In this document: in pieces, positions 8,726 through 16,306 of the stretch | Layout of the letters: each line of letters begins with the position of its first letter | How positions within the stretch are numbered: the stretch's first letter is position 1 | Assembly (NCBI GenBank): GCA_965250285.1 | Contig: OZ252299.1 | Coordinates: forward strand, 1,024,001 to 1,088,000 | Source of the DNA: Myxococcota bacterium | GTDB taxonomy: Bacteria > Myxococcota_A > UBA9160 > UBA4427 | Direction: 5' to 3' | Length of the DNA: 64,000 nucleotides | Translations under genes and position numbers: made by a program | Notes under the pieces: generated by a model | What the model saw: the letters and a program-made list of their open reading frames with translations, nothing else | What the model was told of the DNA's origin: nothing | The model's database searches: none

Positions 8726-9616
8726 GTGTCGATTGACTCGCAGCTCGCGACGTCGGCCATCGGAGATCTCGTCGGGGCCTTCAAGCCGCTCTGGGTGCGC
8801 CGACTCCAGGAGGAGATCGACGATCGTGTCGCTCACGTGCCGACGGTACTCAACGAGTACGGGTACGACAGCTACGGCATGAACCCACGGCAGACCAGCC
8901 AGAGCCTGCTCTTCGGTGCGCTGCTGTACCGCTACTACTTCCGCTGTCAGACCTACGGCATGGAGGGGCTGCCGACCGGCCCGTTCATGCTGATCTCGAA
9001 CCACGCCGGGCAGCTGCCCTTCGACGGCATGATGATCGCGACGGCGATGCTCCTCGAGGCGAACCCCCCGCGCATCGTGCGCGGCATGGCCGAGTACTTC
9101 GTGAGCGAGCTGCCGTTCGTGAGCGTCGCTGCGGCCCGGGGCGGGACGCTGTCGGGCACGCCGCGCAACTGCATCAACCTGCTGAAGGGCGGTGAGGTCG
9201 TGATGGCGTTCCCGGAAGGCGCCCGAGGCATGAACAAGCCCTTCAGCAAGCGGTACAGGCTCGAGCGGTTCGGGCTCGGCTTCATGCGGCTCGCGCTCGA
9301 GGCGGGCGTGCCGATCGTGCCGGTCTCGGTGGTCGGCAGCGAGGAGCAGAACCCGGGGCTCTTCAACCTGCGCAAGATCGGCAAGGCGATCGGCGCGCCG
9401 GCGCTCCCGATCACGCTCACCTTTCCCCTGCTCGGTCCGCTCGGCCTGCTGCCGATGCCCGTGAAGTACCACATGTACTTTCATGCACCGATGCACTTCA
9501 CCGGCGACCCCGACGACGAGGACGCGAAGGTCCAGGATCAGGTCGATCAGGTGAGGGCGGTGATCGAAGCCGGCTTCGAGCGTGGCCTCAAAGAGCGCAG
9601 CGGCATCTTCAGCTAG
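8726..9616 (+). CDS. Lysophospholipid (PlsC-like) acyltransferase family protein
   Basis: ISNHAGQLPFDG, FPEGARG, VPIVPVSVVG. GTG start after aaggag RBS. Confidence 0.88.
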   Translation: MSIDSQLATSAIGDLVGAFKPLWVRRLQEEIDDRVAHVPTVLNEYGYDSYGMNPRQTSQSLLFGALLYRYYFRCQTYGMEGLPTGPFMLISNHAGQLPFDGMMIATAMLLEANPPRIVRGMAEYFVSELPFVSVAAARGGTLSGTPRNCINLLKGGEVVMAFPEGARGMNKPFSKRYRLERFGLGFMRLALEAGVPIVPVSVVGSEEQNPGLFNLRKIGKAIGAPALPITLTFPLLGPLGLLPMPVKYHMYFHAPMHFTGDPDDEDAKVQDQVDQVRAVIEAGFERGLKERSGIFS

Positions 9617-9630
9617 GCGAGGGGGCGCGG

Positions 9631-10107
9631 ATGAGCGATCAGAGCGTGACGATCGAGCTGAACCCCGAAGAGCGGCGACTCTACGAGCGGCTTCGCGGTG
9701 CCGTCGTGCATCACCGCAGTCAGGGCGAGCCGTCGGGGCTGCTCGATCTGCTCTTCTTGCTGCCCGACTTCACGGTGCTGCTCATGCGCCTGCTCCGTGA
9801 CGCGCGCGTCCCGATCATGGCGAAGGCCGTGGCCGTCGGTGGCGTGGCCTACGTCGTGTCGCCGATCGACGTCGTGCCCGGGCTGATCTTTGGCCCGATC
9901 GGTCTCGTCGACGACCTGATCGTCGTCGCGGCCTGCGTCTCGGGCATGCTGAATCGCGTGCATCCCGACGTCGTGCGGTCGCACTGGTCGGGGCAGGGCG
10001 ACGTGCTCGACGCGCTCGCCCAGGTCACCGACCTCGTCGAGGATCAGGTCATCGGCAATGTGCGCACGGCCTTCAGTCGACTCGTCGGCCGCAGCGGCGC
10101 GCGCTAG
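9631..10107 (+). CDS. YkvA/DUF1232 membrane protein
   Basis: AYVVSPIDVVPGLIFGPIGLVDD signature. Confidence 0.85.
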   Translation: MSDQSVTIELNPEERRLYERLRGAVVHHRSQGEPSGLLDLLFLLPDFTVLLMRLLRDARVPIMAKAVAVGGVAYVVSPIDVVPGLIFGPIGLVDDLIVVAACVSGMLNRVHPDVVRSHWSGQGDVLDALAQVTDLVEDQVIGNVRTAFSRLVGRSGAR

Positions 10108-10143
10108 CCGCACCGCTGAGGCGCTCTCGCCGCGCGACATCCG

Positions 10144-10228
10144 CGCGCTCGGGGTGGGGCGTCACGCGCTCGGGGTGGGGCGTCACGCGGTCGGGGTGGA
10201 GGCGCCGGGCGCGCGGGGTGGGGGCGTC
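10144..10228. repeat. G-rich 21-bp tandem repeat
   Basis: cgcgctcggggtggggcgtca at 10144-10164 and 10165-10185, with degenerate copies at 10186-10199 and about 10214-10228. Confidence 0.85.
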
Positions 10229-10257
10229 GGGCGCTCGCGGAGCGCCGCGTGACGCGG

Positions 10258-10683
10258 TCAGCCGGGGCCGGCCAGCCGGATGCGATCCTCTTTCGGGATG
10301 CGCCTGACCCGTCCTTCGTCGTTCACCGCAGCGTGTTCCGTAGCTCCAGTGACGAGGGTCTCTCCGTCGCAGTCGATGCGGTAGCCCATCCGCAGCGACG
10401 CGCCGCGCACCCACTCCATCCAGGTCGTGACCTCCAGCCGGTCGTCGAACCGCGCGCTGCGCTGGTAGTCGGCCTCGACCCGAGTCACGGCAAAGTGCAG
10501 CCCCTGGTCCATGTAGTGGCCATAGCCGCGGTCGTGTTCGTCGAGCCAGACGACCCGGGCGTCTTCGAAGAACTTCAGGTAGTTCGCGTGATGCACGATG
10601 CCCATCGCGTCGGTCTCGTGAAAGCCGACGCGATGAACGAGGGTCGATCGACGCGTGTCGGTCTGCTCGGTGGGCGCGGCCAA
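10258..10683 (-). CDS. Acyl-CoA thioesterase, YbgC/4HBT family
   Basis: RVGFHETDAMGIVHHANYLKFFEDAR. Confidence 0.9.
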   Translation of the reverse strand: MAAPTEQTDTRRSTLVHRVGFHETDAMGIVHHANYLKFFEDARVVWLDEHDRGYGHYMDQGLHFAVTRVEADYQRSARFDDRLEVTTWMEWVRGASLRMGYRIDCDGETLVTGATEHAAVNDEGRVRRIPKEDRIRLAGPG

Positions 10684-10687
10684 GGGC

Positions 10688-11449
10688 TCAGAAGTTGTCC
10701 TTGGCGGTGCGGATCCGGCCGAGCTCTTCGGCCGTGGCCGCGCGCATGAAGACGTTGGTGGCCTTCTCGTCGCCGATCGTCGTCGGGATCGTCATCTCGG
10801 CCGGCGTGGCGTCGTGCCAATCGGCCGCGGCCTGGCGGCGAATCTGGCGCACGCGCTCGAGCTTCTCGGCGATCGCCGGGTTGTCGGGCTCGATCGTCAC
10901 CGCGAACTCGAGGTTCGACAGCGTGTATTCGTGACCGCAGAAGACGCGAACGTCGTCGGGCAGCTCGAACAGCTTCACGCAGAGCGCGTCGTACATCATC
11001 TGCGCATCGCCCTCGAAGAGTCGACCGCAACCGCCTGCGAACAGCATGTCCCCCGTGAAGGCCGCCTTGGCTTCGTCGAACACATAGGCGACGTGGCCCA
11101 TTGTGTGTGAGGGGATGAACAGCACCCGCGCGGTCTGGTGGCCCACTTGCACGGTGTCGCCTTCGTCGACCCCCTGGGTCATGCCCGCCAGGCGTCCATC
11201 GTCGCTCACGTGGCCGATCACGGGCACGCCGCCGAAGAACGCGGCGAGCTCGGGATTCGCCAGCGCGTGATCGGGGTGGTGATGCGTCGAGAGGATCTTC
11301 GTGACGTGGGCGCCGCTGGCGGCGACCGCCTTCTTGACCGGCTCGGCCTCGGGCGCATCGACGACGGCGGCCTCGTTGGTTTCGTCGCAGACCAGCAGAT
11401 ACGTGTAGTTGTCGCCGAAGGTCGGGATGCGTTCGATCTGGAGGGCCAT
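10688..11449 (-). CDS. gloB: Hydroxyacylglutathione hydrolase (glyoxalase II)
   Basis: DNYTYL, THHHPDH, HTMGHV, FTGDMLFAGGCGRLFEG, CGHEYTLSNLEFA, PTTIGDEKATNVFMR. Confidence 0.92.
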   Translation of the reverse strand: MALQIERIPTFGDNYTYLLVCDETNEAAVVDAPEAEPVKKAVAASGAHVTKILSTHHHPDHALANPELAAFFGGVPVIGHVSDDGRLAGMTQGVDEGDTVQVGHQTARVLFIPSHTMGHVAYVFDEAKAAFTGDMLFAGGCGRLFEGDAQMMYDALCVKLFELPDDVRVFCGHEYTLSNLEFAVTIEPDNPAIAEKLERVRQIRRQAAADWHDATPAEMTIPTTIGDEKATNVFMRAATAEELGRIRTAKDNF

Positions 11450-11520
11450 GCCGAGAGCTTACCGCGAACTGCGCAGCGCCGACGGGCGTTGCCCCGCGCG
11501 CCTGCGGTGTGTCGGGCCGC

Positions 11521-12360
11521 CTACAGCAAGGTCATCTGCGGGGGCGGCGTGGTGTCGCCCGCCCGTTTGGCCTCGATCTCTTCACGTGTCGGCGGCGTGT
11601 GGCCCCAGGCCGGGCACATGTCGCGGAATTCGCACCAGTCGCAGAGGCGATTCTTCTCGGGCTCGAACTGGCGCTCTGCCTCGATGCGATCGATCAGCGC
11701 CATCGTCTCGTGGCGCAGGTCATCGAGCTGTTCGGGGCTGCGCTCGGACACACAGCGCCGGTTCTTCGAGAGGTAGTGCCAGACCAGTCGGATCGGGGCG
11801 TCGTCGCCGTACTCGCGGGCGACGCCGATCTGATAGAGCGCGAGCTGCCGGTCTTCGTCGAGCTTCTTCTGGCTCGGCACGTACGCGCCGGTCTTGTAGT
11901 CGTGGATCTCGATGGCCCCGTCGCGCGTGCGCACGATGCGGTCGATGATGCCCTGCAGTCCGTAGCGCTTCTCGTCGTCGAGGTGGAACACGACGCGATG
12001 CTCGATGCCCAGTGTTTCGTCCTGGTCGAAGGGGTAGTGGCGCTGGTAGAAATGAGTGAGGCAGTCGACGCCGAGCTGACGATAGTCGTCGAGCTTCATG
12101 CCGCGTTTCACGATGCGCAGGCGACTTTCGTCGAGGTGCTCATCGAAGAGGGCGTGATAGCGGGCGAGCACCTTCGGGAGCCCGGGCACCTGATCGCGTT
12201 CGACGAAGAGATAGAGGCGCTCGAGCACCTCGTGCACGCGCTTGCCGACGAAGGCCTCGACGCCCTCGGTCTCCTGGGGCACCTGGAGCACGTACCGAAA
12301 GTGAAACTTCTTCGGGCAGTTCTCGAAGCTGGAGAGGCGCGAGTGGCTGTAGAGCGTCAA
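11521..12360 (-). CDS. PD-(D/E)XK nuclease, RecB/Cas4-like with 4-Cys Fe-S motif
   Basis: YSHSRLSSFENCP, GIIDRI...HDYKTG, QLALY, CDWCEFRDMCP. Confidence 0.88.
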   Translation of the reverse strand: MTLYSHSRLSSFENCPKKFHFRYVLQVPQETEGVEAFVGKRVHEVLERLYLFVERDQVPGLPKVLARYHALFDEHLDESRLRIVKRGMKLDDYRQLGVDCLTHFYQRHYPFDQDETLGIEHRVVFHLDDEKRYGLQGIIDRIVRTRDGAIEIHDYKTGAYVPSQKKLDEDRQLALYQIGVAREYGDDAPIRLVWHYLSKNRRCVSERSPEQLDDLRHETMALIDRIEAERQFEPEKNRLCDWCEFRDMCPAWGHTPPTREEIEAKRAGDTTPPPQMTLL

Positions 12361-12420
12361 TGGTTCCCCCCGGACCCGTTCCGCCCCATGGTAGCCCGAC
12401 CCGCGGCCGTCGTGGAGGGA

Positions 12421-12873
12421 TCAGCGGCCCGCGAGTCGCTCTGCGGCGAGCCGGATCATCTCCTGCTCGTTCTCGAACGTGAGCCCCTGCCGGGCCGCCT
12501 GCTCGCCGAGCCACAGGATCCGCTCCATCTCGTCGTCCTTCGGCGCATCGCTCGGGCCGAGGTCCTCCATGAGATAGAAGACGACGCGCTTCTCGATGCG
12601 GCCGCCGGGGCGCTTCTTTCGAGGCGGCGCGTCGAAGGCGTAGCGGTGCTCGCCGAGCAGACCGTCGATGCGGGCCCGCCGCCCGGTCTCCTCGGCGACC
12701 TCGCGCAGAGCGGCCTCTTCGAGTCCCTCGCCCGGATCGACGTGTCCCTTCGGTAGACGCAGGTTGCGGTCGTGCGTGCGCCAGTCGATCTGCTCGCCGA
12801 TCAGGAACTCGAAGCCCCCATCGCGCCGCCGGTACACCACGCCGCCCGCGGCCGTCGCCTGCTGGATCTTCAT
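12421..12873 (-). CDS. NUDIX hydrolase
   Basis: Nudix box PKGHVDPGEGLEEAALREVAEETG. Start MKIQQ after ggag. Confidence 0.9.
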   Translation of the reverse strand: MKIQQATAAGGVVYRRRDGGFEFLIGEQIDWRTHDRNLRLPKGHVDPGEGLEEAALREVAEETGRRARIDGLLGEHRYAFDAPPRKKRPGGRIEKRVVFYLMEDLGPSDAPKDDEMERILWLGEQAARQGLTFENEQEMIRLAAERLAGR

Positions 12874-13065
12874 GGGGGTCTCCTCGCCCGACGGTCGCCG
12901 CGCCTGGTGGCAGCCGCGTCTGCTGCGCCCGAGCTGCGTGCCGCCGCGACGATACTCCGACGCCGAGACGGCATCCAAAGGGGTCACGCCCGTCCGCCCC
13001 GACCACGGCGCCCCCTCGCGCTAAGGTCTGGCCAACTCGCCCACCCGGGCAGGAGGTCCATCCCA

Positions 13066-13974
13066 GTGAGCAGCGACGACCAGCGCGCCGGATCGGGCGG
13101 TCTCGACATCGACCCGCGCGTCTACGAAGACCTCGTCGAGGCCCTCTCGGGGTGCAACGAGGATCCGCACAGCCAGGCCGTCTGCCGGGGCGTGCTGGAC
13201 CCCGACGCCGTGGTGCGCTGGACCGATCAGACCCAGCGGCTGGTCCGCTACAAGTGCGACGCCGACGAGCTGAGAAGCGATCTGCCGGACATCGCCGAGG
13301 GCCTACACCAGCTGCTCGAGCGCGTCGATCTGCCTTCGAACCTCGACCGCACTTCCGCCACCGAGCGCTTCATGAAGTCGCTGCCCGCGATTCGGGCGCT
13401 CGTTGCGCTCGACGTCGAGGCGGCCTTCGATGGCGACCCGGCCGCGCAGGGGGCCGAAGAGATCGTGCTCGCCTATCCCGCGATCCGGGCGCTGTCGATC
13501 CACCGCATCGCCCACGTGCTGTACGACCTCGGCGTGCCGCTGCTGCCGCGCATCATGAGTGAGTACGCCCACGACCGCACCGGCATCGACATCCATCCGG
13601 GCGCCCGCATCGGCGAGCGCTTCTTCATCGACCACGGCACGGGCGTCGTGATCGGCGAGACCGCGCTGATCGGCAAGCGCGTTCGCATCTACCAGGGCGT
13701 GACCCTGGGCGCGACGTCGCTCAAGCACGCCGGTTCGCTCCGCGGTGTGAAGCGGCACCCGACCGTCGAAGACGACGTGACGATCTACGCCGGTGCGACC
13801 ATCCTGGGCGGTGAGACCGTCATCGGCGCAGGCAGCGTGATCGGCGGCAACGTCTGGCTGACCGACTCGGTGCCGCCCGGCACGCGGATGCTCGCCGAGC
13901 CCCCGCGCCAGCTGGTGCGCGGCGGTGACGAGACCTCCGAGGGCGAGCCCTCCCAGCTGCACTGGGACATCTGA
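13066..13974 (+). CDS. cysE: Serine O-acetyltransferase (CysE/EpsC type)
   Basis: GDPAA, TGIDIHPGARIG, FFIDHGTGVVIGET, KRHPTVEDDV hexapeptide repeats. GTG start after aggagg. Confidence 0.9.
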   Translation: MSSDDQRAGSGGLDIDPRVYEDLVEALSGCNEDPHSQAVCRGVLDPDAVVRWTDQTQRLVRYKCDADELRSDLPDIAEGLHQLLERVDLPSNLDRTSATERFMKSLPAIRALVALDVEAAFDGDPAAQGAEEIVLAYPAIRALSIHRIAHVLYDLGVPLLPRIMSEYAHDRTGIDIHPGARIGERFFIDHGTGVVIGETALIGKRVRIYQGVTLGATSLKHAGSLRGVKRHPTVEDDVTIYAGATILGGETVIGAGSVIGGNVWLTDSVPPGTRMLAEPPRQLVRGGDETSEGEPSQLHWDI

Positions 13975-14024
13975 CGTTGCGGTCGTCCCGGGGGCTGCGC
14001 ACACGTCGTCGACTCGTCGCCTCC

Positions 14025-14543
14025 GTGGTTCGAGCGGGCACGATCACGCTCTCGATGTGCGTGCTGGGGGCGATCACAGTGCCGGCGGTGCTCGCCCAGA
14101 GCGACGCTCCCTACGACGGCTACGCCTACGATCTCGCGCGCGACGTCATGAGCCCGTTCTGCCCGGGGCGAACGCTGTCGTCGTGTCCGAGCCCGCAGGC
14201 GGCCGAACTGATCCAGTGGGTGATCCTGCAGGAGCAGGCCGGCGCGACCCGAATCGAGGTCGAGGACATGCTCTACGAGCGCTACGGCGACGTGATTCGG
14301 GGCGCACCGAAGGCGGAGGGCTGGGGCCTCGCTGCGTACGTGATCCCCGGTCTCGCCGCGATCGCCGGCGTTGGGCTCGTCGTGTGGGTGCTTCGACGGC
14401 TCTCGGGCGGAGGCGGGCCTCCCACGCCGCCGGCGGGCCCGCCCGCCCGCGGGCCGACCGCGGCGCTCAGCGAAACGCGGCCGACCGCATCGGAGGACGA
14501 CGACATCGCGCGTCAGGTCGACCGGGAGCTCGAAGAATTCTGA
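14025..14543 (+). CDS. CcmH/NrfF-like cytochrome c biogenesis protein
   Basis: Signal peptide, MSPFCPGRTLSSCPS, LYERYGDVIRGAP, then a TM helix. Start uncertain (13977/14025/14055). Confidence 0.7.
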   Translation: MVRAGTITLSMCVLGAITVPAVLAQSDAPYDGYAYDLARDVMSPFCPGRTLSSCPSPQAAELIQWVILQEQAGATRIEVEDMLYERYGDVIRGAPKAEGWGLAAYVIPGLAAIAGVGLVVWVLRRLSGGGGPPTPPAGPPARGPTAALSETRPTASEDDDIARQVDRELEEF

Positions 14544-14589
14544 TGCCGACGTGTCCGCTCCCCGGACGCGCAGGCCGGGGTGAATCTCG

Positions 14590-15147
14590 ATGAAGGTGTA
14601 CACGAAGCGCGGCGACTCGGGCGAGACCGACCTCTTCGGCTCGGGCCGCGTGACGAAGGACGCGATGCGCGTCGAGGCCTACGGCGCCGTCGACGAGCTG
14701 AACGCGTGTCTCGGGCAGGCGATCGCGACCGGCGTTCAGCCGGAGCTCGTCGACGGACTCACGCGCATCCAGAGCGCACTCTTCGACGTGGGTTCCTTTC
14801 TCGCGACGCCGCGGGCCGACCTGCGCGAGAAGAACGGGTTGCCCGAAGTCGGGGCGAACGACGTGGCGGAGCTCGAGGCCACGATCGATCGCAGCGAAGA
14901 AGAGCTCCCGCCGCTGACCGCGTTCGTGCTACCGGGGGGATCGCCCGCCGCGGCGGCGTTCCACCTCTGTCGCACCGTCTGCCGACGCGCCGAGCGTCGC
15001 GTGGTGGCGCTCGACCGCTCAGAGCCGCTGGGCGGGCACGCCCTCGAGTACCTGAACCGGCTATCCGATCTCTTCTTCACCCTCGCGCGTCTCGAGAACC
15101 ACCGCGCCGGGGTCAAGGAGACCGAGTGGGTGGGTCGGTCGGGCTGA
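14590..15147 (+). CDS. ATP:cob(I)alamin adenosyltransferase, PduO type
   Basis: MKVYTKRGDSGET, EAYGAVDELN, FVLPGG, RTVCRRAER, YLNRLSDLFF. Confidence 0.93.
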   Translation: MKVYTKRGDSGETDLFGSGRVTKDAMRVEAYGAVDELNACLGQAIATGVQPELVDGLTRIQSALFDVGSFLATPRADLREKNGLPEVGANDVAELEATIDRSEEELPPLTAFVLPGGSPAAAAFHLCRTVCRRAERRVVALDRSEPLGGHALEYLNRLSDLFFTLARLENHRAGVKETEWVGRSG

Positions 15148-15279
15148 CGGCGCGGCTCCCAGGTAGCGCACGGGGCCGTCGAGCCGCTCGAGTCGCTTGC
15201 GGATCACGGTCCCGAGCAGCAGGCCGAAGACGAGCGAGCCCAGGATCGACCAGAGCAGCAGGCGGCCGAACGCCTTCAC
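15061..15279 (-). CDS. Small putative membrane protein coupled to meaB
   Basis: GTG start overlaps the meaB stop (GTGA). MKAFGRLLLWSILGSLVFGLLLGTVIRKRL gives one TM helix. The 3' end overlaps the adenosyltransferase gene antisense. Confidence 0.45.
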   Translation of the reverse strand: MKAFGRLLLWSILGSLVFGLLLGTVIRKRLERLDGPVRYLGAAPSARPTHPLGLLDPGAVVLETREGEEEIG

Positions 15280-16271
15280 GCCGCGCCGCCGTCGGCATGA
15301 CGCTGACCGAGGATCTCGGCACCGAGCGTCTCGGCGAGTCGCGACGGCGAGTGCTTCGCGTCGCTCTCGACCCGCGCGAGGATCGCGTCCTCGCCGCCGA
15401 GGCGCTCGAGGCCGTCGCTTCCCCAGCGTCGTTGGAGCGCGCCGAGCACGAATGAACACCGGGCTTCGCTGCGACGCGCATCGGCCCCGCCGCTCTCGAG
15501 CTGGCTCGTGCGATGGGCTTCGACCGCTTCGAAGAGCGCGTCGAGTCCGGCGTCGTCGAGCGCCGAGCACGGGAGCACCGGGGGTGTCCAGTGGCCGTCG
15601 CGCCGCTCACCGAGGCCGAGCCCGGCGATCAGCTCGCTCCGCGTCCGCTCGGCGGCGCTGCCGAGGTCGGCCTTGTTCACGACGAACACGTCGGGCCACT
15701 CGAGGATGCCGGCCTTCATGAACTGGAGCGTGTCGCCGGCGCCGGGCTGGACGACGAACACGAGGGTGTCGACGAGGCGCGAGATTTCGCTCTCGGATTG
15801 GCCGATGCCCACCGTCTCGATGAACACGCGGTCGAACACCGCCGAGAGGATTTCGACACTCGCGAACGTGGCATCGGCCAGACCGCCGAGTCGATCGCGC
15901 GCGGCCATCGAACGCAGGAACACGCCGCTCTCTCTCGCCGACGTATCGAGCCGCATGCGGTCGCCGAGCAACGCGCCGCCGCTGCGACGGCTCGACGGAT
16001 CGACCGCCACGATCCCGACGTCGAGCTCGCGGCGGCGCACCTCGCGGACGAACGCATTGACGAGCGTCGACTTGCCGGCGCCCGGCGGTCCGGTGATGCC
16101 GATCCGCCAGCCGTGCCGCCCGCGCTCGCTCGTGTGGATCGCGTCGAGCAGCTCGAGCGCCGACTCGCGCTCGACCGGGCGTCGATCGTCGACGAGGTTC
16201 AGCGCTTCGGCGACCGCACGTCGCTCACCGCGCTCGAGCCCGTCGAAGAGTCGCTTGGCGTGTTCGTTCAC
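15276..16271 (-). CDS. meaB: Mutase-associated GTPase chaperone MeaB/ArgK
   Basis: IGITGPPGAGKST, AVDPSS..SGGALLGDRMR, IETVGIGQSE, GDTLQFMKAGILE, VVNKAD. Confidence 0.92.
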   Translation of the reverse strand: MNEHAKRLFDGLERGERRAVAEALNLVDDRRPVERESALELLDAIHTSERGRHGWRIGITGPPGAGKSTLVNAFVREVRRRELDVGIVAVDPSSRRSGGALLGDRMRLDTSARESGVFLRSMAARDRLGGLADATFASVEILSAVFDRVFIETVGIGQSESEISRLVDTLVFVVQPGAGDTLQFMKAGILEWPDVFVVNKADLGSAAERTRSELIAGLGLGERRDGHWTPPVLPCSALDDAGLDALFEAVEAHRTSQLESGGADARRSEARCSFVLGALQRRWGSDGLERLGGEDAILARVESDAKHSPSRLAETLGAEILGQRHADGGAA

Positions 16272-16306
16272 GTACCGGGCTCGACGAGGGGGGCGGGTTC
16301 AGTCAC

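Noticed and set aside
11521..12360. Cas4 as evidence of a CRISPR-Cas locus
   Set aside because: No cas1/cas2 or repeat-spacer array anywhere in the window.
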